Origin: Alkalispirochaeta sp. | GTDB taxonomy: Bacteria > Spirochaetota > Spirochaetia > DSM-27196 > Alkalispirochaetaceae | Length of the DNA: 64,000 nt | Assembly (NCBI GenBank): GCA_965242725.1 | Contig: CBDESZ010000021.1 | Location: 1-64,000 of the forward strand | Direction of reading: 5' to 3' | Shown here: positions 54,377 to 64,000 of the stretch, piece after piece | Numbering within the stretch: position 1 is the stretch's first letter | Layout of the letters: each line of letters begins with the position of its first letter | The notes under the pieces: model-generated | What the model was told of the DNA's origin: nothing | The model's database searches: none | The model's input: only the letters and a program-made list of their open reading frames with translations | Made by a program: the position numbers and the translations under genes

Positions 54377-54746
54377 GGAAATTATCTTCACCGACAAGGC
54401 TCCGGCACCGGTCGGCCCCTACTCACAGGCAAACAAGGTGGGAAACCTGCTCTTTATCTCGGGACAGCTGGGGTTGAAGGCGGGAGAAAAAACGCTGGCC
54501 CCAACGCTTGAAGAACAGACGTCGCTCGCACTTGAAAACCTGGTGAGCATCCTCAGGGAAGCGGGCCTCGGCCCGGAACACGTCGTCAAGACCACCTGTT
54601 TTCTCGCGGATATCGCAGATTTTCCCGCCTTTAACGGGATTTACGGCAAGACCTTCACCGACAATCCGCCGGCACGATCCTGTTTTGCCGTCAAAGACCT
54701 GCCCCTGGGTGCACGTGTGGAAATAGAGGCGATAGCGGCGGAGTAG
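54363..54746 (+). CDS. ridA: RidA family reactive imine/enamine deaminase
   Basis: APVGPYSQA, SGQL, PARSC (catalytic Arg), LPLGARVEIEAIA. Confidence 0.92.
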   Translation: MKTNKEIIFTDKAPAPVGPYSQANKVGNLLFISGQLGLKAGEKTLAPTLEEQTSLALENLVSILREAGLGPEHVVKTTCFLADIADFPAFNGIYGKTFTDNPPARSCFAVKDLPLGARVEIEAIAAE

Positions 54747-54780
54747 CGGAAACGCGCGTCGAGTGAACGAGGTCATCCGG

Positions 54781-55767
54781 TCACACGGGTTCACCGGGAT
54801 AGGACAACCGCCACTCCCCGCGCAGGGCGTCCATTATTTTCAGGATATGGATCGTATCGTCGGGGGGCAGCTCCGGCGTTTCCAGTCTTCCCGACACTAT
54901 TGCATCCCGTACGGCCCGCACTTCGTGTACATAGCCGGTGTGGTCGTAGGGAATGGTTATCGTCTCCTCATTGCCGTTTGACCGACGGATGGTCAGATCC
55001 GTCGGTCGAAAAAAGATGTCATGGATTTTTATATACCCCTCGCTGCCGGCGATGTACGCTTCCCGCGGTTTATACCCTGAAAATCCGCAACTCAGCATCG
55101 CCATGGCGCCCCGCCGGTAGGTCAGGGTAATGACATCAAGCTCATCTATTCCGGTCACCCCGAAAAAAGCGTGGCTCAGGTGTCCGTCGGGGTGTCCCAG
55201 GACCTGGAATGCCAAATGGAGCGGATAGACCCCCAGATCCAGTAACGCGCCGCCCCCCAGATCCCGTCGAAAGAGGCGGTGCCCACGGTCAACGGGACGG
55301 GCGATGCGGAAATCCGCCTGAACCACCTGCGGTGTCCCGATACGTCCCTCCCTGATCCACGCAAGTGCCCGGCGGTACGCCGGAATAAAGCGCATCCACG
55401 TCCCTTCCATGAGAAAGAGCTTCCTCTCCCGTGCAAGTTTCAGACACGCCTCGGCTTCCGCCGCATTGTGGGTCAGAGGTTTTTCACAGAGGACGTGCTT
55501 TCCCGCATCAAGGGTGGAACGAATCTGTTGTCCGTGGAAGAGGTGCGGCGTGGCGATGTATACGATATCCACCACATCCGAGGTGATCAGTTCTTCATAT
55601 GATCCAAACGAATACGGAATGTTCCACCTCTCCCCGAAGGCCCGCGCCCGAGCGCCGTCCCGTGACGCCACTGCGGTAATGCGGCAGTCATCGACGCGGG
55701 AAACGGCCGCAGCCATATTGGACGCCATCTCTCCGGTGGAGAGTATCCCCCACCGCAGGGTGTTCAC
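54781..55767 (-). CDS. Gfo/Idh/MocA family oxidoreductase
   Basis: LRWGILSTG, YIATPH, VLCEKP, GGGALLDLGVY. Confidence 0.9.
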   Translation of the reverse strand: MNTLRWGILSTGEMASNMAAAVSRVDDCRITAVASRDGARARAFGERWNIPYSFGSYEELITSDVVDIVYIATPHLFHGQQIRSTLDAGKHVLCEKPLTHNAAEAEACLKLARERKLFLMEGTWMRFIPAYRRALAWIREGRIGTPQVVQADFRIARPVDRGHRLFRRDLGGGALLDLGVYPLHLAFQVLGHPDGHLSHAFFGVTGIDELDVITLTYRRGAMAMLSCGFSGYKPREAYIAGSEGYIKIHDIFFRPTDLTIRRSNGNEETITIPYDHTGYVHEVRAVRDAIVSGRLETPELPPDDTIHILKIMDALRGEWRLSYPGEPV

Positions 55768-57101
55768 GTAAACTCCGGAAGGTAACGGCCGTGGGCTTCA
55801 ATCAGGTCGTCGCACAGCGCGCGAATGTCGTCGAGGGGGAGTTCCGCCGCGGCGTGGGGATCGAGAAACGCCGCCTGATAGAGGGCGTCCCGCTTGCCCG
55901 TGAGCGCCGCCTCGATGGTCATGAGGTGAACGTTGATATTGGTGCGGTTCAACGCCGCACACTGTTCCGGCAACTCCCCTGCATAGACACCCTGCACACC
56001 GTTTCCGTCGACAAGACACGGTACCTCCACGACCGCCGACGCCGGAAGGTTCGGAATAAGACCGGTATTGAGGATATTTCCGTGCATGCGGTACGGCACA
56101 TTTGTGGCAACGGCGTTCATGATGTGGGCGCCGTACTCGTAGGACATTGTGTGGCTCAGCGCCGCGTTGTCCACGATCTCCGCCTGCCGTTGCTCCCACT
56201 CGGCGATCTGCGTTTCACACCGCCGGGGATACTCATCAAGAGGAATGTTGAACTTCCCCACCAGGTCGGGATAACGCTGTTTGATCCAGTAGGGCGTGTA
56301 CTCGGCGTTATGCTCCGACGACTCCGTCACGTAATACCCGAAGTGGCGCATAATTTCATAACGCACCATGTCGTTGTGCTTTTTCCCCCCGGGGAGGCGG
56401 GCGTTCCGGTTTGCTTCCGCCGCACGACGTTTGATTTCCGGATAGAGATCCACCGCGCCGTCTCGAATTTCAAGCAACCATGCCATGTGGTTAATGCCGG
56501 CAATCTTCCATCGAAGATCCTTCACCGCCCCGTCCATGTCCAGGTTTTTCAACAGGCGATCGGCACATATCTGCACGGAGTGGCACAGGCCGACGGTTTG
56601 CACCGCCGATCCCTTCAGCATTGCACCCGTTACGATGGACATCGGATTTGTATAATTCAGCATCAACGCGTCGGGACAGACCTCTTCCATCTCCCGCGCT
56701 ATGTCCATCATCACCGGAATGGTACGCAAACCGCGAAAGATTCCGCCAATGCCCGAGGTGTCGCCGATCGTCTGCAGCAGGCCGTACCGCCGGGGTATCT
56801 CAAAGTCGATCACCGTCGACGGTTTGTACCCTCCCACCTGTATGGCGTTTACCACAAAGTCCGCGCCCCGCAGCGCCTCCCTGCGGGCATCCACACCGTG
56901 ATGGACGGTGATCTCCCCCCGAACTCCGTTTATGTTTGAGTTGAGCGCTTCCAGCATGCGTCTCGAATCGGCAAGACGCTTTCCGTCAATGTCATAGAGG
57001 GCGAATCGGGAATCCCGCAACGCGTCGGTGAGCATCACGTCACCGAGAATGTTCTTGGCGAAGATCGTACTCCCCGCTCCGATAAATGTGATTTTGTGCA
57101 T
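55764..57101 (-). CDS. melA: NAD+-dependent alpha-galactosidase, GH4
   Basis: KITFIGAGS, QTIGDT.GIGG, LNYTNPM, GLCHSV, AGINHMAW, TESSEHNAEY. Confidence 0.92.
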   Translation of the reverse strand: MHKITFIGAGSTIFAKNILGDVMLTDALRDSRFALYDIDGKRLADSRRMLEALNSNINGVRGEITVHHGVDARREALRGADFVVNAIQVGGYKPSTVIDFEIPRRYGLLQTIGDTSGIGGIFRGLRTIPVMMDIAREMEEVCPDALMLNYTNPMSIVTGAMLKGSAVQTVGLCHSVQICADRLLKNLDMDGAVKDLRWKIAGINHMAWLLEIRDGAVDLYPEIKRRAAEANRNARLPGGKKHNDMVRYEIMRHFGYYVTESSEHNAEYTPYWIKQRYPDLVGKFNIPLDEYPRRCETQIAEWEQRQAEIVDNAALSHTMSYEYGAHIMNAVATNVPYRMHGNILNTGLIPNLPASAVVEVPCLVDGNGVQGVYAGELPEQCAALNRTNINVHLMTIEAALTGKRDALYQAAFLDPHAAAELPLDDIRALCDDLIEAHGRYLPEFT

Positions 57102-57196
57102 GAACACTGACCTCCAAACGGATATATCCTACTACTTCTACACCCGCACCTGTTATGTCGTTTTGTTGTTTTTCGTGTCATTATGTTGCTCGGAAC

Positions 57197-58036
57197 ATGA
57201 ATAAAAAAAGAGATTTCCAACAAAATTTTAATCGCGTTCAAGAAGATCTGCCGTTATCAGTTCTGTTTTCCGGGCGAGAGTCTTGCGAACCGGGTCATCG
57301 TTTTGGCGGTGAACGAACACACTTTGTGATCCACTACGTTTTGGCGGGTAACGGAACCGTACGGACATACAGTGAGGGCGGCACGTTATCCAAAGGTGAC
57401 ATTTTTTTACTCTTTCCTGGAGTCAGAAATCGATATCGGGCGGATTATCGAACACCGTGGACATACGGTTGGATCGGATTTTCGGGCACCCATGCCGCCG
57501 CAATCCTGAATGCGCACGGGATTACGGCGGAGACATGTATCATACACGGTGAGTTCTCAGTGGAACTCGCGGGATACTTCTTTGCCGTCTTGGATATTCT
57601 CAAAGCTGATTTCCCGGTTCCGTTCAAATCCGAGGGGTACTTGTACCTTGTGCTATCATCTATCGCCGAACGATTGCGCCCTGCAAGACGGGAACCATCC
57701 GGAAAATGGGATCACGTACACGAAGCGATCCGTTTCATTGAAACCAACTTCGGGGAACGAATTAATGTTAATGACGTAACGGACCACGTCGGCCTGGAGA
57801 GAGCCTATTTTTCAACGCTCTTCAGCAGTACCACAGGTAACAGCCTTCTGGACTACCTGACAACAACTCGGTTGGAAAAATCGAAAATCCTCCTGCAGAG
57901 AACCGACTACACCGTCGGAGACGTTGCCGCTTCCGTCGGTTACTCGAATTACGCCACATTTGCCCGGCGGTTCAAAGACCGATTCGGAATTACCCCTGGA
58001 TCGTACCGTGACGGTATTCTAAGAATTACCGAATGA
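57197..58036 (+). CDS. AraC family regulator (MsmR-like), divergent from melA
   Basis: GRESCEPGH.FG, HYVLAGNG, PWTYGWIGF, C-terminal HTH. Confidence 0.88.
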   Translation: MNKKRDFQQNFNRVQEDLPLSVLFSGRESCEPGHRFGGERTHFVIHYVLAGNGTVRTYSEGGTLSKGDIFLLFPGVRNRYRADYRTPWTYGWIGFSGTHAAAILNAHGITAETCIIHGEFSVELAGYFFAVLDILKADFPVPFKSEGYLYLVLSSIAERLRPARREPSGKWDHVHEAIRFIETNFGERINVNDVTDHVGLERAYFSTLFSSTTGNSLLDYLTTTRLEKSKILLQRTDYTVGDVAASVGYSNYATFARRFKDRFGITPGSYRDGILRITE

Positions 58037-59357
58037 TCCCGATCCGGCGACCGATTTCATCAGCATTCACGGGACGACCGGAGGCAAAGCTACGGTTGGC
58101 CGCAATTCCACAGATAATCGACCACGCTCCGGCCCGGTAGTCCGCGGCCCGCTCCAACGGGTCCGGGCCGGCCTGCCCAAACGCGTCATCCAGCAGGCGG
58201 CGGTCACCGCCGCCATGCCCGCCTTCGCCTTCTTCAATTTCAATTCGCTCCGGTTTCCGCCAGTGGGGTCGTACTAATAACTTAACCGGCTCACTGACGT
58301 AATCGCCGCTCCCCGCCGCGTGTACAGAAATGCGATTGATATCCCCATCTCCTCCGGAAATATAACTGTTTTCTGCAACCGCATACTCCAGGCGGCCCTT
58401 TGAGCCGGTAAAAGAAACGCGATATCCCTCCCAGGGTGCATATGCCGATAGGTGATACGTCAGTACAGCGTCATTTTCATATCGCACCATAACAGACATA
58501 TCATCTTCGATGCTTACTCCGTCGGCAAAAACGTTTTGATCCCGGAAATATGCATCCTCGTGTTCCGCCTGAAGATACAACCCCGTTAAATGTTCGCTTT
58601 CATTCAGATCCAGGGCAAAGGGGTCCCCTTCTGCCGCGGGACTACCGGTGCTGCGGTGATATGGGCGGTAAAGGGCGTTCCGTTCCCCATTGTCTCTACC
58701 ATAAAAAACGCGCCGGCCCATGCCGAATACCGTGACCGGTCTCGTCTGTAACCACCAGTTTACGAGGTCGAAGTGATGGGATGCCTTATGGACGATCAGT
58801 CCTCCGGAGTTTGATTTGTCCCTATGCCACCGACGAAAATAGTCCGCACCATGACGGGTGTCCAACATCCATTCAAAGTGTACCGAATGAACCGTACCGA
58901 TCACGCCGGCGTCCAGAAGTTCTCGCACCTTGCTGTGTCGCGGCGCATAACGGTAATTGAACATGACCCGGAGCGATCGTCCGGTGCGCTCCACCGTTTC
59001 ACAAATCAGCTTTGCTTTGTTCATATCCACCGTCATGGGCTTTTCCGTCATGACATCACAACCGGACTCCAATGCTTTGCAAATGTACTCATGGTGCATG
59101 CGGTCGATGCATGTCACGATTACGACGTCCACAGCCTCATTACGCAACATGTACTCAAACTCGTCCGGTCCATACGCGGGAACCGGAGTGATGTCGTATT
59201 CCCGGGACAATCGACGATTGTAGTAGTCCATTCGCGTCCGGTTGGAATCACAAAACGCGACAAGTGCACTACTATGGCTGTAGTCTTTTAAAATGGCAGT
59301 TGAGTACATCTCCGATCGCGATCCCGTCCCGACAATTGCATACCGTTTTCTGGTCAT
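58026..59357 (-). CDS. Gfo/Idh/MocA family oxidoreductase (YteT-like)
   Basis: YAIVGTGSR, TEKPM, HGADYFRRWHR, HKASHHFDL, GHGGGD. Confidence 0.88.
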   Translation of the reverse strand: MTRKRYAIVGTGSRSEMYSTAILKDYSHSSALVAFCDSNRTRMDYYNRRLSREYDITPVPAYGPDEFEYMLRNEAVDVVIVTCIDRMHHEYICKALESGCDVMTEKPMTVDMNKAKLICETVERTGRSLRVMFNYRYAPRHSKVRELLDAGVIGTVHSVHFEWMLDTRHGADYFRRWHRDKSNSGGLIVHKASHHFDLVNWWLQTRPVTVFGMGRRVFYGRDNGERNALYRPYHRSTGSPAAEGDPFALDLNESEHLTGLYLQAEHEDAYFRDQNVFADGVSIEDDMSVMVRYENDAVLTYHLSAYAPWEGYRVSFTGSKGRLEYAVAENSYISGGDGDINRISVHAAGSGDYVSEPVKLLVRPHWRKPERIEIEEGEGGHGGGDRRLLDDAFGQAGPDPLERAADYRAGAWSIICGIAANRSFASGRPVNADEIGRRIGIIR

Positions 59358-59370
59358 GTCATGGTTCCTT

Positions 59371-60450
59371 TCAACAACCGTTGAGGTTTCCTCCGGCTGC
59401 TCGCTGCAGCAAGGTGAAATACTGTTGTGCATCAACGGGCAGATTGACCCAGCTGTCAGTCCACGCCGACATCTGCATTGCATTTGATAGTTCCAGACTT
59501 CGTATTCCCTCTTCTCCCGATATAAACAGGGACTCCCGGTTTCGTATTGCTCCTATCCAGTTGCGCAACACGTCGGCACACTCGTCACCGGGTGTGTCTC
59601 CTTCTCGCGGTGTCGAGAAAAGTTCACGGGTTGGTCTGTTTCTCTCGTGAAGGGTAACCACTCCTGATTCAGACGTCAGCCGGCCTCGTTCGCCCGATAT
59701 TTCGAGTCTGCCCGCACCGTGCAACTCTCCGGTGGACGCGATGAATGTCGCCGATGCACCGTCGGCAAATTCCATATATGCGGTGCAGTCGTCTTCTCCT
59801 TCAATGCGGTGGTATCGGCCACACCGGCAGAACGCCATGACTCGTATGGGCAAACCAAAAAACCACTGAAAGAGATCAAGGTCGTGGGAACATTGGTTAA
59901 TCAACATCGCCCCTCCCTCACCGGCCCATGTACCGCGCCACGGTTTGGCGTCGTAATATGTCTGCGGCCGATACCAGTTGGTGGCAACCCATAGAATCCT
60001 TTGAATGGCACCGATTGTGCCGGAGGAAATGCACTCTTTGATACATGTATTGACCGGATTCAATCTCTTCTGAAACATAATCCCGAAGGTACGGCCGCTA
60101 CGCCTTGCGACTTCATTCATTGCACTGACATTACCGGTCCGGATTCCGGCGGGTTTTTCAGTCATAACGTGCTTTCCCCTGGCAAATGCCTCGACAGCCA
60201 ATTCCGAATGGGTCATATGAGGTGTAGCTATGACCACAGCATCGACCATTTCACTGTCCATGAGATCAACGGCATTTCGGAACAAAGGGATATTCTTCCC
60301 GCCGACCAAGCCGTCAATATCCCGCCGGTCGATGCTTCTGCTGCAAAGGGCGCTCAGGACGGCACCACCGATCTGTCCATTGGCAATTGCCCGAGCTCGT
60401 TCCATTCCCACGCCCAGACCGATGACTCCAACACGAACCGGATTGTTCAC
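59371..60450 (-). CDS. Gfo/Idh/MocA family oxidoreductase
   Basis: VGVIGLG, IATPH, TEKPAG, WRGTWAGEGG, NQCSHDLD. Confidence 0.88.
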   Translation of the reverse strand: MNNPVRVGVIGLGVGMERARAIANGQIGGAVLSALCSRSIDRRDIDGLVGGKNIPLFRNAVDLMDSEMVDAVVIATPHMTHSELAVEAFARGKHVMTEKPAGIRTGNVSAMNEVARRSGRTFGIMFQKRLNPVNTCIKECISSGTIGAIQRILWVATNWYRPQTYYDAKPWRGTWAGEGGAMLINQCSHDLDLFQWFFGLPIRVMAFCRCGRYHRIEGEDDCTAYMEFADGASATFIASTGELHGAGRLEISGERGRLTSESGVVTLHERNRPTRELFSTPREGDTPGDECADVLRNWIGAIRNRESLFISGEEGIRSLELSNAMQMSAWTDSWVNLPVDAQQYFTLLQRAAGGNLNGC

Positions 60451-60480
60451 TATCTGACTCCAGTAATAATGTGGTTATAC

Positions 60481-61488
60481 CTATTCACGCTGAAAGACAA
60501 ACTCCGGTTGCCCCACCTGCATCTCCCCCGGCGGCAATCCAGCCTCCATCGCCTCCACATCGTCGGTAACCATTCGCCCGATACGGAGCATCCCCTCCGG
60601 TACCGGTCCGGCGAGGTGAGATGTGAGCACCACATTTTCCAGGTCCCGCAGGCGGTGATCGCCCGGAAAGGGTTCTTCCGGAAAGACATCGACAGCCGCG
60701 CTGAACCGCTTCTCTTGTAGGAGATCCACCATTGCCTCAAAGTCCACAACATGGGCACGGCTGATGAGAACAAACACTGCGTCAGGCGACAGCTGTTGCA
60801 GGAGCTCCCGCGAGACCATTTCGCGGTTGTATTTAGTCGCCTTGGCGAGCACAAAGACCACCTTCGTCTCAGACATCACTTCCCGCAGCGTGGCTGGCGT
60901 GACTCCGTGACGTTTGAGGCGGACATCCGGCAACCATGGATCGTAGGCCATATAGCGGCATCCGAAGGGATCGAGAAATGTCTTGAGGTGGAGCGCAATA
61001 TTCCCGAAGCCGACAAATCCGATGTTCTTTCCAAACAGAGAAAAGCTGCCCTCGTTACCTTCGAGAGAGTAAATCTCCCGGTGATGTCTGAAATCCCTAT
61101 CAGTTGCGGCGATCTTTCTGGAAAGGGAGAGAACCATACCCAGCGCCATTTCCGCAACATGGGGCGAAAAGGCCGGCGCGCAGCTTAAGACCCGGATCCC
61201 GCGGCGAAAGCATGTCTGGTAATCGAGAAGTTGCGGACTGGGGTGTCCCCCGGCAACCTCCAAAATCGCCTGAAGTTGAGGGGCGCCCTCGTCCGTCACG
61301 GCGATATTTCTGCACGTCCCGGACACTATGTATTTCGCCCGGGCAATTTCTTCTCGCAGCAGACCGGGGGGCATCGGCCGGTCCTTTCCCCACACAACGT
61401 TTACCACGTCCTTAAGCCGCTTCAAATCAGCGGAAGAAAAAATCGAATCGACACTTCTCGGGCTTGGGTCGAGTATTAACGTATTCAA
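60481..61488 (-). CDS. D-2-hydroxyacid dehydrogenase family protein
   Basis: GFVGFGNI, ISRAHVVD, DVFPEEP, TSHLAG. Confidence 0.88.
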   Translation of the reverse strand: MNTLILDPSPRSVDSIFSSADLKRLKDVVNVVWGKDRPMPPGLLREEIARAKYIVSGTCRNIAVTDEGAPQLQAILEVAGGHPSPQLLDYQTCFRRGIRVLSCAPAFSPHVAEMALGMVLSLSRKIAATDRDFRHHREIYSLEGNEGSFSLFGKNIGFVGFGNIALHLKTFLDPFGCRYMAYDPWLPDVRLKRHGVTPATLREVMSETKVVFVLAKATKYNREMVSRELLQQLSPDAVFVLISRAHVVDFEAMVDLLQEKRFSAAVDVFPEEPFPGDHRLRDLENVVLTSHLAGPVPEGMLRIGRMVTDDVEAMEAGLPPGEMQVGQPEFVFQRE

Positions 61489-61507
61489 ACTTTTGCTCCT
61501 ATTGCGG

Positions 61508-62468
61508 CTATTCTTTTACGCCGCCTTCACTGAGACCGCCAACGAGGTTTTTCTGGATATTCATAAAAATTACAATGACTGGAATCGCCGTCAGTACCGA
61601 GGCCGACATGATCCGATCCCAGATGGCGTTCTTTGAGAAAAACAATGTCTTCAGTCCGATGGGCAAGGTATGAAATTCCTTAAAACCGCGGAGAAAGACC
61701 GATGCAAAGAGGTATTCGTTCCAGGCAATCTTTGAAGGAATAGACAAATACCGTGGTAATTGCCGTCCAGGAAAGGGGCACGATGATTCGCCAGATTGCT
61801 TCCAGACGGCTGGCACCTTCTATCATCGCCGCTTCCTCGATGGAAAAAGGGATAGCCCCGGAAATAGTTCCAAGCATATAAGGCATACGGCACCGCAGCG
61901 TCTTAACCATATATACGATGATAAGAGACAAAATGCGCTGACCGGAGTACTCAACATCCCGAGACCGACAAACATCTATAGAGAGGAATGACGAGCACAA
62001 TACGCCGAACATATATACAAACAGACACTTCGCTGGATGGCGGAACGTCCGCGATAGCGCAATCGACTGAACGAGTAGGCACCCGGTATGGCAAAACAGA
62101 CCGACAACAACGCCGCCGTCAAGACAGGATCGAGGAGTTGCAAAATTGTGAAATACGGAAACGCATCGCTTGTATCGCGGTACTTGGCGATAAATGGCAT
62201 CCTCTGTGCCCGGGTGAGATCCGGAGATTCTTCCAAAAGATTTACGATCGCTTCCCGCAGATCTTTTGTCTGCTGATCGATGTTCAAAAGTTCTTTGTAG
62301 GCGTCAAATTTAACCGGTCGGGAATGAGAGACGGATTGCCCCAGTCCCATGGATCACTTCAACGACGTGGAGACCATTTGAACAAAGGGAAAAAATCGAA
62401 AAGAAGACGATCATCAGAATCAGGAATAAAAACCACGTGCGTTTGTATATGTTTGTCCGTACTACCAT
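61508..62468 (-). pseudogene. Carbohydrate ABC permease (MalG-like) with multiple 1-bp frameshifts
   Basis: Fragments in changing frames: MVVRTNIY..., PGAYSFSRLRY, IEEAAMIEGASR, AWNEYLFASVFL, GGLSEGGVKE. Confidence 0.8.
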
Positions 62469-63361
62469 TTGAGCACCCTTTTGACGTACAGGAAATGAAC
62501 CCCATTAGGAGTATAAATTGAATGACCGCCAGCGCCGCTCCCTGACCCAATTCCATCGCACCGGTAAATGCGCCCATGAAGTATGTGTAAATAGACAGGA
62601 CGCGCACAATTTCCGTTAAAAGGAAAATCTCCTCAAACTTGTTGAAGTTCCAAATCATTCGCAAGAGGATCACCGCACTGACGACGAAGTAAATCTCCGG
62701 AAGGGTAATGGCTTTAAACTTCTGCCAGTCACCCGCTCCGTCTATCTCGGCCACTTCGTACAGCGTCTGATCGATGGCCTGTAACCGGGACAGAATCATG
62801 AGGTACGAAAAGGGAAAACTCTTCCAGATACTGAAGACGATAGCCACCCAGACCGCCGCCTGGGGGGAGCCCGATCAAATTGAACCGCTCGGCAAAAATG
62901 CCCAACCGATTGTGGGCGATATCCATAAAAATACCGTTGACCGGGTCAAATATAAACTGCCAGGAAAAGACGACGGAAATGACCGGCGCCACATAGGGAA
63001 GGAGAATTATACTTCGTACCAGTCCACGGAAAGGAAAGGTCCTATTCATGGCGAGGGCGACTATCAGTCCCGTCATCGTAGTACCGACGGGTGGTCAGGA
63101 CCACGTACAGAACGGTCGTCACCATTGACGACCAGAAAACATCGTCAAAAAGGATCTTCCCGGTGGTTTTCCAGACCAACAAAGGTGTTGCCACCACGCA
63201 TATTTACATCAAAGAAACTGAGATACACATTGTAAATGATTGGATAGAGGATGAGCCCCAGAACGACGGCAAATGCCGGAAGAATTAAACGCCCATCCCA
63301 ACACGCCTTCTCGCTGTCGATTGCTCAGCCGGTCACCGATACGGAATTTCAGAACGTCCAT
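62462..63361 (-). pseudogene. Carbohydrate ABC permease (MalF-like) with multiple 1-bp frameshifts
   Basis: MDVLKF..., FVGLEN, LLPYVAP, YEVAEIDGA, WNFNKFEE; repaired end reads LYVKRVLKW*. Confidence 0.8.
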
Positions 63362-63422
63362 GTATGCTCCAACGAAACGCCCGGGCCAAACCCGACCCGG
63401 GCAACGCCATTTTTGAAGTGGA

Positions 63423-64000
63423 TTATTGGATTACTTTTCCTCATTTCCGCTTCCGCAGCAGCCATTGCCGCATCTATACGCTCCCCTTCCTGGGTAATTT
63501 CGTAAAGCATACGGGGAATAATTTGCTGGGCGGTAATGGACACTCGCCGCTTCTATGCGGTTGCCTTCAACGATGCTGAAAGGTTGAATGTTTTCAAGCC
63601 CGCTGATAATTTCCGCCATCTTTTCCGGGCCGTAGTATTTAAACAGTCCACTCGGATCGTTCTGAAATCTGGCATTCGTCGCAATTTCACGAAGCATGGG
63701 ATTCATACCGCCCGGTGCCATATGCAGAAATGTGATATACGCGTTCTGGGTGTAAAGGTACGCGATAAAGTCGGAAACCGCCTCGGTTACGGCAGGATTG
63801 CTTTGTTCAAACATCCCCAGGCCGATAATGGACCCGTAACCCGCGTCGGCTTTATGACTGACGGTAGTTGCGACTCTGGTGTTCTTTACCAGATCGGGAT
63901 CAAATCCGGCGCCTTCCAGCTCGGCGAAGTTACCGCCGGTCAGGGAATCCGCCGCTGCTTCCTGAACAGCCAGGTCATCCATGATATAGGTGGAGTAAAA
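63423..64000 (-). pseudogene. 3' part of a sugar ABC substrate-binding protein with frameshifts (5' end outside window)
   Basis: FLHMAPGGMNP, then a frame switch near 63538 into ITAQQIIPRMLYEI; repaired end reads MRKVIQ*. Confidence 0.7.

Overview
GC-rich bacterial chromosomal segment, most likely from a free-living Spirochaetaceae member. This is inferred from the F-[AS]-x-G-x-x-E N-termini of the solute-binding proteins, PEGA/beta-barrel envelope proteins and a DAHP synthase-prephenate dehydratase fusion. It holds about 55 tightly packed CDS. Core genes include a Na+-type membrane pyrophosphatase, aroA, htpG, argA, trxA, leuS and aroF-pheA. Catabolic modules include a TTT transporter with an embedded VOC enzyme, a GH2/GH36 galactoside ABC cluster, a GH4/AraC pair, and a lower-GC sugar ABC/oxidoreductase cluster that carries many 1-bp indels at the right edge. 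I saw no rRNA, tRNA, CRISPR array, transposase or phage gene. Main points of interest: (1) a divergent 10-kb locus (44.5-54.7 kb) combining a Liv-type ABC importer, a non-HemE URO-D-fold putative Zn enzyme, an FGGY kinase, an altered shikimate-kinase homolog, a PLP C-S lyase, a YheO/DauR regulator and RidA, which looks like an uncharacterised pathway for a cysteine-S-(sugar/polyol) conjugate; (2) ten genes whose start codon lies exactly 6 nt after a -10 hexamer with no Shine-Dalgarno, suggesting widespread leaderless mRNAs, several from compact bidirectional promoters; (3) an internally duplicated unknown protein translationally coupled to the membrane PPase; (4) a perfect 16-bp inverted repeat over the TTT promoter.
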